Below are positions 26,201-37,420 of a stretch of 64,000 nucleotides of DNA, one piece after another (the first letter of the stretch is position 1; every line of letters begins with the position of its first letter). The DNA is taken from positions 6,156-70,155 of the forward strand of contig MU004194.1 of NCBI GenBank assembly GCA_010093605.1, written 5' to 3'. The DNA is from Lophium mytilinum (taxonomy: Eukaryota). The position numbers and the translations under genes were made by a program. Below the pieces are notes generated by a model. That model had not been told where the DNA came from, ran no database searches, and was given only the letters and a program-made list of their open reading frames with translations.

Positions 26201-27628
26201 CGCTTTCTTGGGTATGTTCTGAGAGACATGAAGAGAAACCTGAGACTCCCTGTCGGAAAGGCCGTAAATCTGATAGGTATTGCGGATCCCTACGGTGTCC
26301 TCAAGCCCGGAGAGGTTCATGTAAACTTCTCATCCAACTTCATCGACGAGATGACTGGAGAAAGCTATACGCGGTTGGACGGCATCGACGTTCTTGTCGG
26401 TCGCCAGCCGAGTTTGCGCAGATCGGACATGCAACGAGTTCGCGCTGTCTGCAAACCGGAACTTGAGCATCTAGTCGATGTCATAGTGTTTCCAAGTCGC
26501 GGCAGCTTCCCACTCGCTGGCAAATTGCAAGGAGGTGATTATGACGGAGATATCTTTTGGACCTGCTGGGAACCGGAACTTGTGAAGCCTTTTCTCAATG
26601 CGCCAGCACCAACTACGTCACCATCAGCAGAGGGATACAAAATGAAAGTTGATCGCCGGACTCTGAAAGACGTTCTGGGGTCAGGGCCGCAAAGGGACGT
26701 AGAGAGTTATCTTGCGAAGTCCTTTGAGTTCCGGTCTGCGCAAACTTTTCTGGGCAGAGTCAAAAACTTTCACGAAAAGCTTTGCTACTTTGAGAACACA
26801 ATCGACTCTCCTGGAATCAACCTCCTCTCCGATATCCATGATCTCATAATCGACGCTGCAAAAAATGGCATCATCGTAGATGAAGATTGGTTCTACGAGC
26901 TGATCAGTGACCCGAGAATTCGCAGCCGGAACCCCAAGAATCCGGCCTACAAAGCGGCCATGAAAGACAACTGGGGAAAACCAAAGATGGGCGAAAAGCC
27001 GAAAACTTACGTCTACGATGCAAGCAAGCCGCTCGACTATTTGTACTTCCGAGTGTTATCACCACACCTTGATAAGACTCTTAGCCTGATCGAAGAGTCA
27101 TGGACAACATCCACTTGCGAAGACCCACACCTTATGGCAGCATACGACAAGGAAATGGCAGGTCAACATGAAGATGAGCTCAAGCTACTGAGAACGAAGT
27201 TTGCCGAACTCTACTCAACATGGGTCGTTAGGACTAAGAAAATGGATGGTCATGATCGTAAGGCAGACGACTACAACCTTGCTATCGAAGACTGCTACGA
27301 AATTTACGAGTCAATCCTGCCCTCGGAAAGCGCCCCATCTTACTGGGTGGAAGAAGACATCCCCGGTCGTACTCCTTATTGGAAGCTACTGAAGGCATCT
27401 GCTTTGCACAATTTCCAAGGCAAACATACAACCTTCACTTATCACTGTGCGGGACGAGAGCTCGCTCTCACCAAGGCTTATGCGTCTGGTCGCTATCGGG
27501 TGCTTACGGAGGCAATGTACGGCCTCTTGAAGCCGAAGAAGGCTAAGGCCCTTACGAGAGATGCCGGTGTGCCGCGGGGCGGCGAAATGGCAGAATACGA
27601 TGATGCCCCGGATGACTTTGAGGAGTAG
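23255..27628 (+). CDS. qde-1: RNA-dependent RNA polymerase, QDE-1-like
   Basis: NDGC, QARIGGAKGIW, GIADP and the catalytic GGDYDGD (the DYDGD variant seen in QDE-1). An intron at 23676-23738 joins the 144-aa ORF in frame with the 1241-aa ORF. Confidence 0.9.
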
Positions 27629-28991
27629 CTAGAATGAGGTCCTCAAGTATCTTGAGTTTCCCGATTACAGGAAGCTGTGGACCTTTACAACAAACGGAGC
27701 CGTGAAGGCCGGGACTCAGACACGAAGATTGCAACATCATCTACAACTATTCTTGGGAGCTCATATTTGTCCAGGGCAGAAACTTTACGGTTGGACATGG
27801 CTCGATCTCGGCAGGATATCACTTGTTTCATTTTCTGGGTTTCATTATTGGTTTGGGAGTGTTTATAGGTCCTCTGATATTTTTGCTTTGTTTTCCATAT
27901 ACCCATAGATCCATCCAGCGATCTAAGCGTGTGTGCTCTCGGCACAAGCTACCTTGTTTTTCATCATTTCTTCCCCTTTTTGGTCTCTTTGCCTCAGCAT
28001 TGCTGAGATGTCCCTCGAGTTATGAGTTTGGGAGATGTTTTCACGGATCTCCACGGTTAATGATGTCTGCCCTTGAGGCTTTTCTTTGTCACACCTCGGT
28101 AATCTAGCGGTAGTACTAGTTCTCTATACTCAAAAGCCATTCTTCTTCTAATCTGCTCTTGCTACATTGTGATTCCAAAGCATGATTCAACACGAGTAAC
28201 TTACATCTCGCATTAGAATCCTAGCACCTCTTTCCTCTCTATATCACATAATCACCTCCGCTTCCCAATCCTGTCTATCACTTCGCCGCAATCTTGGGCG
28301 CCCTTCGTTTCCTAGGGCATCTGATCCGTCTTTATCTCCCTTTCCCGAATGACATCGTCTTCTTACTCCGTAACTAATTCCCGGGTCCCTTCACTCCCAC
28401 TACGCGTTACGCGCAGTCCTAAAGCAGTCTCCACATCATGCTCGCCTAAGCTTATCAAATTTCTCCTCCATACCATCACCCATACGCTAAGTCCTACCAT
28501 CAGGAGCGTTGTTGCGGCGATACTGATTCTAGCATATATGAACTTTGTGAAACGAGACAGCAATTTGGGTGGAAACACACGACCTTGCAACGCGAACATC
28601 GGGGATGGATCTAACATACATCTTCGCTGTCATAATGGCGTATTGCCAGTTGTTTCCACTACTCAGTGCTAGAAAAACTTTATAGCTTCAGGTAACCCGT
28701 ACTCTATATCCGCAGATTTGATGTCCTTTGTCTGAACATTGATAGTACAAACCAAGCCATCCCCACAGATTCCCGGTTTCTCAACGTGCCAAAGTTATCG
28801 TAACTCTCCACAGGTCGCAATTGAAGCATGAAAACTGCGATAATACGGAACAGGTTGATGTCTTTACTCCGGAGTATCTTCGCTGTCTTAAGCAGACCCC
28901 GTTCCTGCGGGCCCAGATGGTAGTGAGCAAGCTCTGAGGTCGAAGAAGTTCGTTTCTTAATAGCCCCAGGGCCCTGCCGCAAGACGACAAC

Positions 28992-30512
28992 TCAAATGTA
29001 GTCCCAACGACTATCGTTGTAGGGATGAAAATTATCATTCCCAACACCAGGTGGCCCAGGATCGTACTTGTTATTGAGGCCCCAAAGATCCTCCCAATTG
29101 TCCAGAATCTCTGAACTTCCGGCGGAATGTTTTTCTTGGTCGGTCACCTCAAGGAGTTCTCCTTCATACTCGTGCTCCTTCGTAGGAAGGGCGCTGATAT
29201 CACCGCCGTTCTTCAACCAATCAGCCACTCCTGCTTGAGTGACTTCTTTAGTCGGGTTAGACCCCAGCAGAAACCTGACCGGTCGCGAGCTCATCAAGCT
29301 TGCGCGGTAGAGATACTCTTCACGGATATCTTTTGAGGCGCCTTGCATGTTCTCGCGTAAGAGTGTAAGCTCGGTTGGGCCGATGAGCTTTTGCAGGTCC
29401 TGGAAGCAGCTCGAGGCCGCATAGGCCGCTGTATCGGCGGCATCATTACCTTTCGAAGTACTATGACCTGGAACCCACCGAAGCTCTAAGTTAGCACCCG
29501 CTTCATGCAATGCTTCCGCTCGCTCGTATGCTTCAGCGAGTACAAGACGTGAAGAAACTACTGGGCCTATGAGGATGGGGTTGCCATTGTTCAGGCACAT
29601 TAGAGCATTCTGCGAGTCAGTATACATGATTACCTTCGCGTCACGCTTCTCGTGAATGTCTTCTAAGGCAAGCTTCAAGGCCTCGGAAATGGCGTGAAGC
29701 TCTGCATCATTAGTATCCCCGCAGTTCCGCCCAATAGGGTAGCCAATCTTCTTAAACCCCGACCTGTCTGGCTTGAGGCAAGTGACTCCTGCTCCCATGA
29801 AGCTATGATTGTTAGAACTCCCGCTACGTACTGAACCGTCCGTCCAATACGTCCATTCATGGCCAGATTTTGGCCCCTCACGTTGGATTGAGTGGTCGAG
29901 AGCGTCAGCCCGATCATCGATGATGATTTTACCTGGGAAAGTGCGTTTAACACGACCCGTGCCAACGACTGAGTTATAGAGTCGTTTCATCCGAAACTTT
30001 TGTACTCTTTTCGCCTGCTGGCGTGTCGGATCTTGATTAGTGGATACGGCTGGTTTCGGGGGAAGATGAGAAAGACGCTGTTGGTTGATATTTGCGGTCA
30101 CCTGGCTCGCGACGGTACCTCTATTACGTCTGTGTTTGTATCCAGGCACATGGAAACCGGGACGGTTGCTGCTTAACGATGGATTGTTCCTTGTAGGCGT
30201 TCCGTTCGGGCCCTGTGGAGCAGTGACCTGGAAGTTGAGTGGTGCATTACTGTTAGTCCCAAAGTTGGGTACGAAGGGACGTTGAGGGAGTTGTTGAAGG
30301 CCGGTATTGTTCGTATGGCCATTGTTACTCCTAGGCGCAACAGGATCTGGTGGTAGACTATTCACTGGACGAGCCGGCAAGGGGTGAACCATATGGCGCC
30401 GGTGGCTGGTAGTTGGGCGAGGGGGTAACGGGTGAAGCATTCCACTGCCAAGTAAGTTCAACCCAATAGGAGTTTGTTGTGGCCCAGCATGGCCATGCCT
30501 TATACGTCCCAT
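28992..30512 (-). CDS. Stand-alone RNase H1-fold protein with a Pro/Asn/Arg-rich disordered N-terminus (gene A)
   Basis: WTDGS, DAELHAI, YTDSQ and WVPGH...GNDAAD give a complete D-E-D-(H)-D set. TATA-like sequence on the minus strand near 30610. Confidence 0.88.
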   Translation of the reverse strand: MGRIRHGHAGPQQTPIGLNLLGSGMLHPLPPRPTTSHRRHMVHPLPARPVNSLPPDPVAPRSNNGHTNNTGLQQLPQRPFVPNFGTNSNAPLNFQVTAPQGPNGTPTRNNPSLSSNRPGFHVPGYKHRRNRGTVASQVTANINQQRLSHLPPKPAVSTNQDPTRQQAKRVQKFRMKRLYNSVVGTGRVKRTFPGKIIIDDRADALDHSIQREGPKSGHEWTYWTDGSVRSGSSNNHSFMGAGVTCLKPDRSGFKKIGYPIGRNCGDTNDAELHAISEALKLALEDIHEKRDAKVIMYTDSQNALMCLNNGNPILIGPVVSSRLVLAEAYERAEALHEAGANLELRWVPGHSTSKGNDAADTAAYAASSCFQDLQKLIGPTELTLLRENMQGASKDIREEYLYRASLMSSRPVRFLLGSNPTKEVTQAGVADWLKNGGDISALPTKEHEYEGELLEVTDQEKHSAGSSEILDNWEDLWGLNNKYDPGPPGVGNDNFHPYNDSRWDYI

Positions 30513-30714
30513 GACTAGGCGGTCGGACAAGTAGCTTTGGCTGTCGAGGAGGTGGGGTGTGTTGTGGGCCTAACAGTGCAAAGTGTGGTGNNNNNNNNNN
30601 GGGGGCTTGTATATATCTAAATCTAAGATGTGGGCCGAACTGAGATAATGCGGGTTGAAGCTGCAACGCCGTGAATTGCAATTCCACTGAAACCCCACGT
30701 GAATCAGTTGTCAT

Positions 30715-31150
30715 CTAGTTTCAAGCAGTGTAGATTGGACTGCGTCTTGGTTAGTTGGCTGCGTAGTAGTCAGGCTCCCCCTTGCAGCGGTGTCCAGTGA
30801 GCAATACTTGAGTCAAGCAGCGATGAACTCGTGTGCCCAAATTGGTAGTTAAGTCTGTGCACACTAATTGATCACTGCTTGAGGTACCTCAAAAGACTTT
30901 GAAGGTCCGAAGGAGATGTAGAGTTTTGAGCAGTGTAGATTAGGCTCCCCTTGACTAACCATCTGCTTAGCAGCCAGGCTACCCCCTACAGTAGCGTTAG
31001 ATCAACAAGACTAAAGCTTCTTTGGTCGAATATAAGACTTTGAATGTAATAGTTGACGCAATAAGAATCAGACTACCTCTTGACACGGTGTTCACCGACT
31101 TGTGGGGCCACCTCTTACAGTAGTGTTAAGTGAGCAACGTTGAAGCATTC
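30715..31150 (+). repeat. Dispersed repeat family, three tandem degenerate copies
   Basis: AGCAGTGTAGATT at 30724 and 30929 (205 bp apart). A third core, AGACTACCTCTTGAC...CTTACAGTAGTG..GTGAGCA, lies at ~31070-31137. Confidence 0.75.
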
Positions 31151-31577
31151 TGTGTCTCGATTGAATTGAGAAGGTTGGAAGTTTAAAGAAAGTGTTATTA
31201 CGGACCAGCCGAAAACCGTGGCTTCAGTGTATCTTCATAAGTGAAACAAAACCTAACTCCCGTGATCAGAAACACACTCTTAACAAATCCATCTCGCTGA
31301 CCTAGCCGACGTTGCGGGCCCAAGGTACTCCGCTACTCCAAGACGATCCAGTTTTCGCAGCCCCAAATCGGAGTGGCCAAGTCTTGACATTGCATGCAGT
31401 CATATTGTCATTACTCAGGGGGGGTTCGCAAGGTTCAATCCAGTCAAGACTCTGTATCCCAGATTACGACGGACGAGTTCTTACATTAGCACGCAATCCA
31501 GAATCGTGCCTCCGGCAGCGTCCCAACTACTCTCCTACCCTCCAAAATCATTGGGCATTCGTCCACATATGAACTCC

Positions 31578-33494
31578 CTACGGATGAGCTAATATACTGC
31601 TATTTTTGGTGGGCAATGCGTCAATGTCCCCTCCATCCTCGACCCACTGTGTGACGGACTCCTCCGTAAGCTCTCGAGAAAGGTCATTCTCAAGCCAGAA
31701 TTTCATTGGCCGCGCAGCGTGTCTACTGACCCGGTGGAAGAACTCTTTCCGAATGCCCTCAGCCGCCCTTTGTAATGCATTGGGGAATATTTGAGCAAGC
31801 TTCATCATATTGTAGGAGTCTTCGACCCGATGAGCGGTCATAATTGCTGCAGAGTTTGCCCATAGCTTGCCTTCAGACGCTTGCTGAGCCGTGAGCGGTC
31901 GAATCGACACCTCTACGCCAGCATTTGCTAACTCGTGTGCATAATCATACGTATCGACGAGAGCAAGACGTGCAGAAATCATCGGTCCGAGGGCCACTGG
32001 CTGACCGCATTGTAGAGACTTTAGAAGGGCTTCCGAATCAGCAAATATGACTACCGGAGCTGCCGAGCCTTCTCGCGCGCGGTCTAAAGCGAGCCGTAGT
32101 GCACTAGCCATCGCGAAGAGCGATGCATCGAGCGTATTACCTACATTACGCCCAAGATAGTGCCCTTTAACGTCCACTTCCTCGCCCTCTGGTGCTAACC
32201 ACGCAACTCCAGCGCCTAAGAACGTGTTGTTGCCCCTGGCATCGTGTTTAAGATACCCGGCCGTCCAATATGTCCAGTTGGAGGGAGCGGAAGTGTGTCC
32301 ATGGTGTCGCTGTGGCGTTGGGGGTATGGCCAGTTCAACATAAGTATCAAGCATGATCTTGCCTGGAAATGGGCGTCGGGTCTCTTCTGTGCTAGCAATT
32401 GAGGTGAGAATTTGCGATAGTACGGGTTCTCTAGGATGGATTGCCGGCGATAAGGTGAAGATTGGAGGATCATTGAAGCCGCCATATTCCTTCCAATCGA
32501 TCATCCATGCAACCGGTATTTCTCGCTGGTGGTCTGACGCGAGCACATAACGTATGGGGTACGGAATACCCTTCTCAACTCGGTACAAAAACTCATATCT
32601 TATGTCCCTTTCCGCTCCAATCATCTCAATTGGGAAAAGGACGGTCCCTCTCGGGAGACCTGCATTATGAAGGAAGTTTTTGTAGTTCTCCGATGCAGCC
32701 CCAGCGGCCTGATCTGCAGCGACGTTTCCGGCGGATTTGCTATGCGCTTTGATCCATCGAAGTGTAAGAGGGATCCTCTCTTCTTTCAAACGCTCGGCAC
32801 GTTCGTATGCTAAAGAAAGCGCGAGCTTTCCTGATCCCATTGGTCCTAGAATCGTCGAGTTGCCGTTCTTTAAAGCTTTGAGTATTGCCTGCGAGTCTGA
32901 GTAAATGACAATAGACGCCTTTGATCCAGCCTGAACTCCTCGAAGTGCAAGTTCTAGAGCTGCAGCAATGGCGAAAAGCTCGGCGTCGTTTGAATCTCCG
33001 AGATTACGGCCAATGGGATATTCCGCTTTCTCGAAAGCATTGCCATGCGCTACCATCCAAGCAACCCCAGCAGCACTGATCTCATCTTTGTTCCAGTTTT
33101 TGATCAAGGATCCGTCAGTCCAATATACCTGTTCAGAGCGTGCAGACCAATGCTCTGCTTCATGGAGATGAGATTGTGCAACGGCGTCGTTCTCCTCCTC
33201 GATGTATATGTTTGCTGGGAATTTGCGCACATTCGGACCGCTCCCAAGAATGCGCTGGGCCATACGCTCGACTCGTGCGTTGCGGTCCTGGACAAGAAGC
33301 GTATATGCCGCATTTCGGGCTGGGAGTGTGGCCGCTGCAGCCTCCTGGCGTTGACGCGCTACCTGGCTTTGGGCGAAGCGATATTTTAATTCGTCTCCGG
33401 TCAATTTTCTGCCCTTCCTAACAGCGTTTTTGGCCAATCTCCGCTGTATCGCTTCGTCATCAAGCGACTGTTTGTTGATACGGCGGCGCGCCAT
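31578..33494 (-). CDS. Tandem double RNase H-domain protein (gene B; domain 1 intact, domain 2 degenerate)
   Basis: Domain 1 has WTDGS, DAELFAI, YSDSQ and WIKAH..GNVAAD. Domain 2 has WTAGY, DASLFA, FADSE and GKLWAN at the same positions. Confidence 0.88.
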   Translation of the reverse strand: MARRRINKQSLDDEAIQRRLAKNAVRKGRKLTGDELKYRFAQSQVARQRQEAAAATLPARNAAYTLLVQDRNARVERMAQRILGSGPNVRKFPANIYIEEENDAVAQSHLHEAEHWSARSEQVYWTDGSLIKNWNKDEISAAGVAWMVAHGNAFEKAEYPIGRNLGDSNDAELFAIAAALELALRGVQAGSKASIVIYSDSQAILKALKNGNSTILGPMGSGKLALSLAYERAERLKEERIPLTLRWIKAHSKSAGNVAADQAAGAASENYKNFLHNAGLPRGTVLFPIEMIGAERDIRYEFLYRVEKGIPYPIRYVLASDHQREIPVAWMIDWKEYGGFNDPPIFTLSPAIHPREPVLSQILTSIASTEETRRPFPGKIMLDTYVELAIPPTPQRHHGHTSAPSNWTYWTAGYLKHDARGNNTFLGAGVAWLAPEGEEVDVKGHYLGRNVGNTLDASLFAMASALRLALDRAREGSAAPVVIFADSEALLKSLQCGQPVALGPMISARLALVDTYDYAHELANAGVEVSIRPLTAQQASEGKLWANSAAIMTAHRVEDSYNMMKLAQIFPNALQRAAEGIRKEFFHRVSRHAARPMKFWLENDLSRELTEESVTQWVEDGGDIDALPTKNSSILAHP

Positions 33495-34586
33495 GATTTG
33501 TGTTCATAGGAGTGCGATTTAGGCAGTGTTAAAGATGGCTTGAAGCCGCAGGTTGGTGGCGCAGATTGTGTTTGAAAGGGTCCAATTGCAAATGAATAGG
33601 TGAATGCCAAGTTGGGACACCCAACACGTGACGACTATTTCCTAACATCGCAACACGGCGATAACGATTGACGGGACTTTGTCTTTCTTACCGTTGATAG
33701 GAAGATGCGCTAAGAGTTGAATGTCCTAAAAGTTGTGCTACACTGGCTATTTTGTTTCTGCGTTCTATTATCAAGACCGAGGATGTTAGTAATATTGCGC
33801 GTCCTAATAAATAAGTGAGGATTCCTCTGCGGTCCGATCTGGATTCTTCCCGCAATCTTGTTCCACGCACCGTGAATTGGGTTACGAAATCGGGCCGTTT
33901 TCCCGCCTGTTCATTTTATGGAGAGTGTTTTGACTTGCGTCCTCTCTTCTCTCTTTGACGTCTTTTGCCGCGCACGATGAACAATACGGTAATCCTTCAA
34001 CTCCTACTATGAACTCATATTGCGCCAATCTTTCTGTGAAGCTCCATTTCACGGGTGATCTGATGCCATTTTTCCTGCACCATGCATCTCCTAGAGATGC
34101 TAGGCCAGCTCCTCAAACTGAAGCTGAGTTGAAAGAGCTCCCCAGAGGTGACTAAACTGCTCATACGGTATGAGAGCGCCCAATCTTGGTCCTAATGTTA
34201 CGATTACATACTTCTTTGTAGATACTCTGAGTTTCGACGTTGGCCCGTCATCACCGACCTATTTCCGGCGACCCAAATCCAGTCCTGGGACTTTGAAACG
34301 CGCAAGGCTACGAATTTGTTTAGTTGGGTCTAGAAGGATATGAAGCGGTGATCGGAGGCATCTTCTTAGAGAAGGATGAAGTGAAGTCAGAGACAGGGAA
34401 GTGTATGTAAGCAGAGAGTGCCACGCTAAACTGTTTATGACAACCGAGGCTTTTGCAGCTCACATCAGCCCTAGAGCGAAGGCCACATCAACCGTACAAC
34501 TCCAACATGGTGCATTCACACCGTCATGATGCTACTCCGTCTTTGTTGCATAGCTACGTCAGTGGGGTAGTGAGGGCAGCTACATC

Positions 34587-35929
34587 ATGTTCAACGTACT
34601 CGACAATTGGGTCGTTACGAACCATGTCATTCCGGCATCGTGGCCTCGAGGTTTCGCACGAGGAGTAAGAGATGAAGAAAGCGGACGACTGCGGCTCGCC
34701 GTTAACGAATATGTGCCTCGGGCAAACATGAGTCCTCAGCCTGGAGACGTCACATTCCTGTTTGCTCATGGTACAGGTTCGACAAAAGAGTCTTATGAGC
34801 GTAAGTATTTCCCGGGCAACTATTATCTCATCCTTCATTTGAAGCGTTTCATTGTCATTCATCAAAGTCTCCAGGCTGAGACTTACATCTTCTAGCATTC
34901 TTCGATGATGTGCTTACCCGGTTCCCCCGTATCCGCGCCATCTGGGCTTTCGATATCGCTTGGCATGGCGCATCCTATCTCCTCAACGAGCACGTTATTG
35001 GAGACGAGCCTGACTGGTTCGACTGCGTCCGCGATATTCTGCACATCGCCAATCATTTCCAGAGAGATCTTCACCAGCCAATGGTAGGAATGGGCCAATC
35101 GTGGGGGTGCTTCAATATTCTTCTGGCTGCTGTCCACAATCCGCGAATCTTTGCCGGCATTATTGCTTTAGAACCTGTTCTGGTTACCGGGTATAAAACC
35201 GGACCACCTCATATGCACATCGCCTTCCTTATGATGAAACGACGAGACCGATGGTTGTCACGCGAGTATGCAAAACGCGCACTCCGGAAGAGCCCTTACT
35301 ACGCAGTCTTTGATGATCGGGTTTTCGATCAGATCATTCGCTACGACCTCCGCGACGTTCCGCTCGAACCACAGACGGCACAGGGTGCGTCCGCAGCATC
35401 TTCGGTCGCACCGGAGGTTACTCTAACGACTCCCAAGGCCATGGAGGCCTATACGATGATGCGCGCGAATCCGCCATTGCCTGGCTATCCTCCTGGGCCA
35501 GACCACAACCCCAATCACTCGAGCCACTCTACACCCGTTATCCCTGGATTCCACCGAGCGGCTGACACGGAAGCTCACAGGCACGTCCCGCACGTGTTGC
35601 CTCCTGTGCTATACGTCTGGGGCTCTCGGTCGTATATCGCGAAACTACCAGGTTACCGACAAATGCTAGTAGAGCAGACAGGAATTGGGCCCGGCGGCAG
35701 CGGAGGAGCACCTGCTGGACATGTTACTGAGACCGTGATCGGGGATTGCGGTCACTGCTTGCCTTTTGAGAAGCCTCATGAGACAGCGAAGGCATTGCAG
35801 CCGTGGCTTAAGCAGCATGTCGATGTCTGGGGAAAACATCGGAGGGAGAGGAAGAAGGAAGGACCATACTGGACGGATACCATAAACCCCGGATGGATTG
35901 AGAGGGCGTCTAAAATATCGAAACTATAG
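34587..35929 (+). CDS. Alpha/beta hydrolase with PTS1 (Lpx1-like peroxisomal hydrolase)
   Basis: FAHGTG..KESYEP, GQSWG nucleophile elbow, GHCLPFEKP and C-terminal SKL. Intron at 34801-34895. Confidence 0.88.
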
Positions 35930-36016
35930 TTTTACAGTATCGCTACGCTGTGATATACATAAAACCTTGTCGAAAACATTATGGCGGTCTGTTTCTTCTC
36001 GTTTCTGGCACAAGCA

Positions 36017-36580
36017 GCGAAGATAGGTGAATCAAAAGGCGCTTGTCCACGGAACATGCCGCTCTCTGCCGCGGCCTACCTCCTGCTACTTCTTGCCTGC
36101 CGCCCGGCTGCTGTCTGGCCGCTCCTCGCACTTCACTACCGTCATCACGTGAGCCACGTGGGCGCCAAGCCATTCTGGAATTTCGAAGTATATAAACCCC
36201 TCCGGCCCCCAAATTTTTCTTCCTCAGCTTCTCCTCTTTCGCAAAAGTGGTGTGAGGGACCGGGCTGTGCGTGTACGGTGCCAGACCCAAGATGTATTTA
36301 GTCGCGTTTGCTTTTTGTGCTTTGTCTTCGGACCTCCGCGTGGGACCCTCAATTCTTGGAGAAGCTTTTCCTATGTCTTATGTAGTTTCTATGGGACCTT
36401 GCAAGTTAATATTGGTTGGCAATGGACCGGGTTGGGCGATGCTGGGGCCCTTCCCAAAACTTTGTATGTAGTCTCTCGAACTAAAATTCTTCTTCCTCTT
36501 AACGCTGAAGGTCATCTTTCACTATGCAAATGGTAATGTCCATCATTGATCGCAACGCTGGATCTCACTTAAAGGTCACG
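36017..36580 (+). ncRNA. Putative non-coding transcription unit, copy 1
   Basis: Homologous to 36853-37420. CACGTG at 36146 and 36155, TATATAAA at 36189, and no reading frame shared with copy 2. The duplication is certain; the ncRNA call is an inference. Confidence 0.4.
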
Positions 36581-36852
36581 AAAGTAGTAAGCGCTTCTAC
36601 TACAGTCTGACGCTTATTGCTCAGACGCGATGCCGTACATTGCTAATTAATAAAGACCAGTCGTTCACACCTTTCCAAACAGTCTCTAGACACGTCCTCC
36701 ATCACAGTCGGCTTACTCTTTGCCCCTAGCCTACTCATCCACCGCTCCGATGATCCCTTGCCGTCGTTCGAACGGAAAGCTGTCATGTGATCGCTTTCCA
36801 TGGTTTGACCCAGATTGCGAGTAACGAGTGAACGTCCAACCGGTCGCAAAGC

Positions 36853-37420
36853 GCGAAGATAGTGAATGAAAGAGCGCTCGTTCCCAAAACATGCCGCTCT
36901 CTGCCGCTACCTGCCACCTCCCACCTCCCGCCTGACGCTTCCTGCCTGTTGTTTGACCGCATCACTCCCGCCATCACGTGATCCACGTGGGCGCCCAGCC
37001 ACTTTGGAATTTCGAAGTATATGAACCCCCCGACCCCGAACTTCGAAGCTCCACCAATCTTCTTCTCTTCTCGACAACATGGATGGGGAGGACCGGGCTG
37101 AGCGTGTTGATGCCAGTTCCTAAGATGTATCTACAGTTGCGTTGCTTTCTCCGTGCTTCTTGATTTTTCGCGGGTGCGGGGACCTTCCACCGAAGAAGAT
37201 TTTTCCTTTGTATTGTAGGCTGTGCCTCTCCGTTCTGTAGTATGAGACGTTCCACGTCAAGCGTTGGGAACGATCGGGTTGGGCGGCGGACGGGGCCCTT
37301 CTCCAAATTTGTATTTTCACCTTCGAACCAAGTAGTTTCTCTCCAGTGGCGTTTTGCGTGTTTGAGGTTGATTCTCTATGTGCTAAAGATCATCATTGAA
37401 GTTTCAATCTGAATGTCACC
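36853..37420 (+). ncRNA. Putative non-coding transcription unit, copy 2
   Basis: CACGTG at 36975 and 36984, TATATGAA at 37018, and conserved blocks GGACCGGGCTG and CGGGTTGGGCG..GGGGCCCTTC. Confidence 0.4.

Noticed and set aside
27637..27652. GAGGTCCTCAAGTATC after the RdRP stop, matching 16211-16226 at 15 of 16 bases
   Set aside because: The similarity does not extend on either side and may be chance, so it is not counted as a repeat copy.
28349..28672. Small ORFs between the RdRP and RNase H gene A
   Set aside because: Short, with no recognisable motif and no consistent gene model.
30715..31150. CRISPR-like array
   Set aside because: The units are long and degenerate with no unique spacers, there are no cas genes, and the context is eukaryotic.
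28992..33494. RNase H genes as parts of a retrotransposon
   Set aside because: No RT, endonuclease, gag, LTR or TSD is present, and there is no RIP damage despite strong RIP nearby.
35981..37163. Short ORFs in the duplicated segments, including the 14-aa MDGEDRAERVDASS
   Set aside because: Reading frames, starts and stops are not conserved between the two copies.
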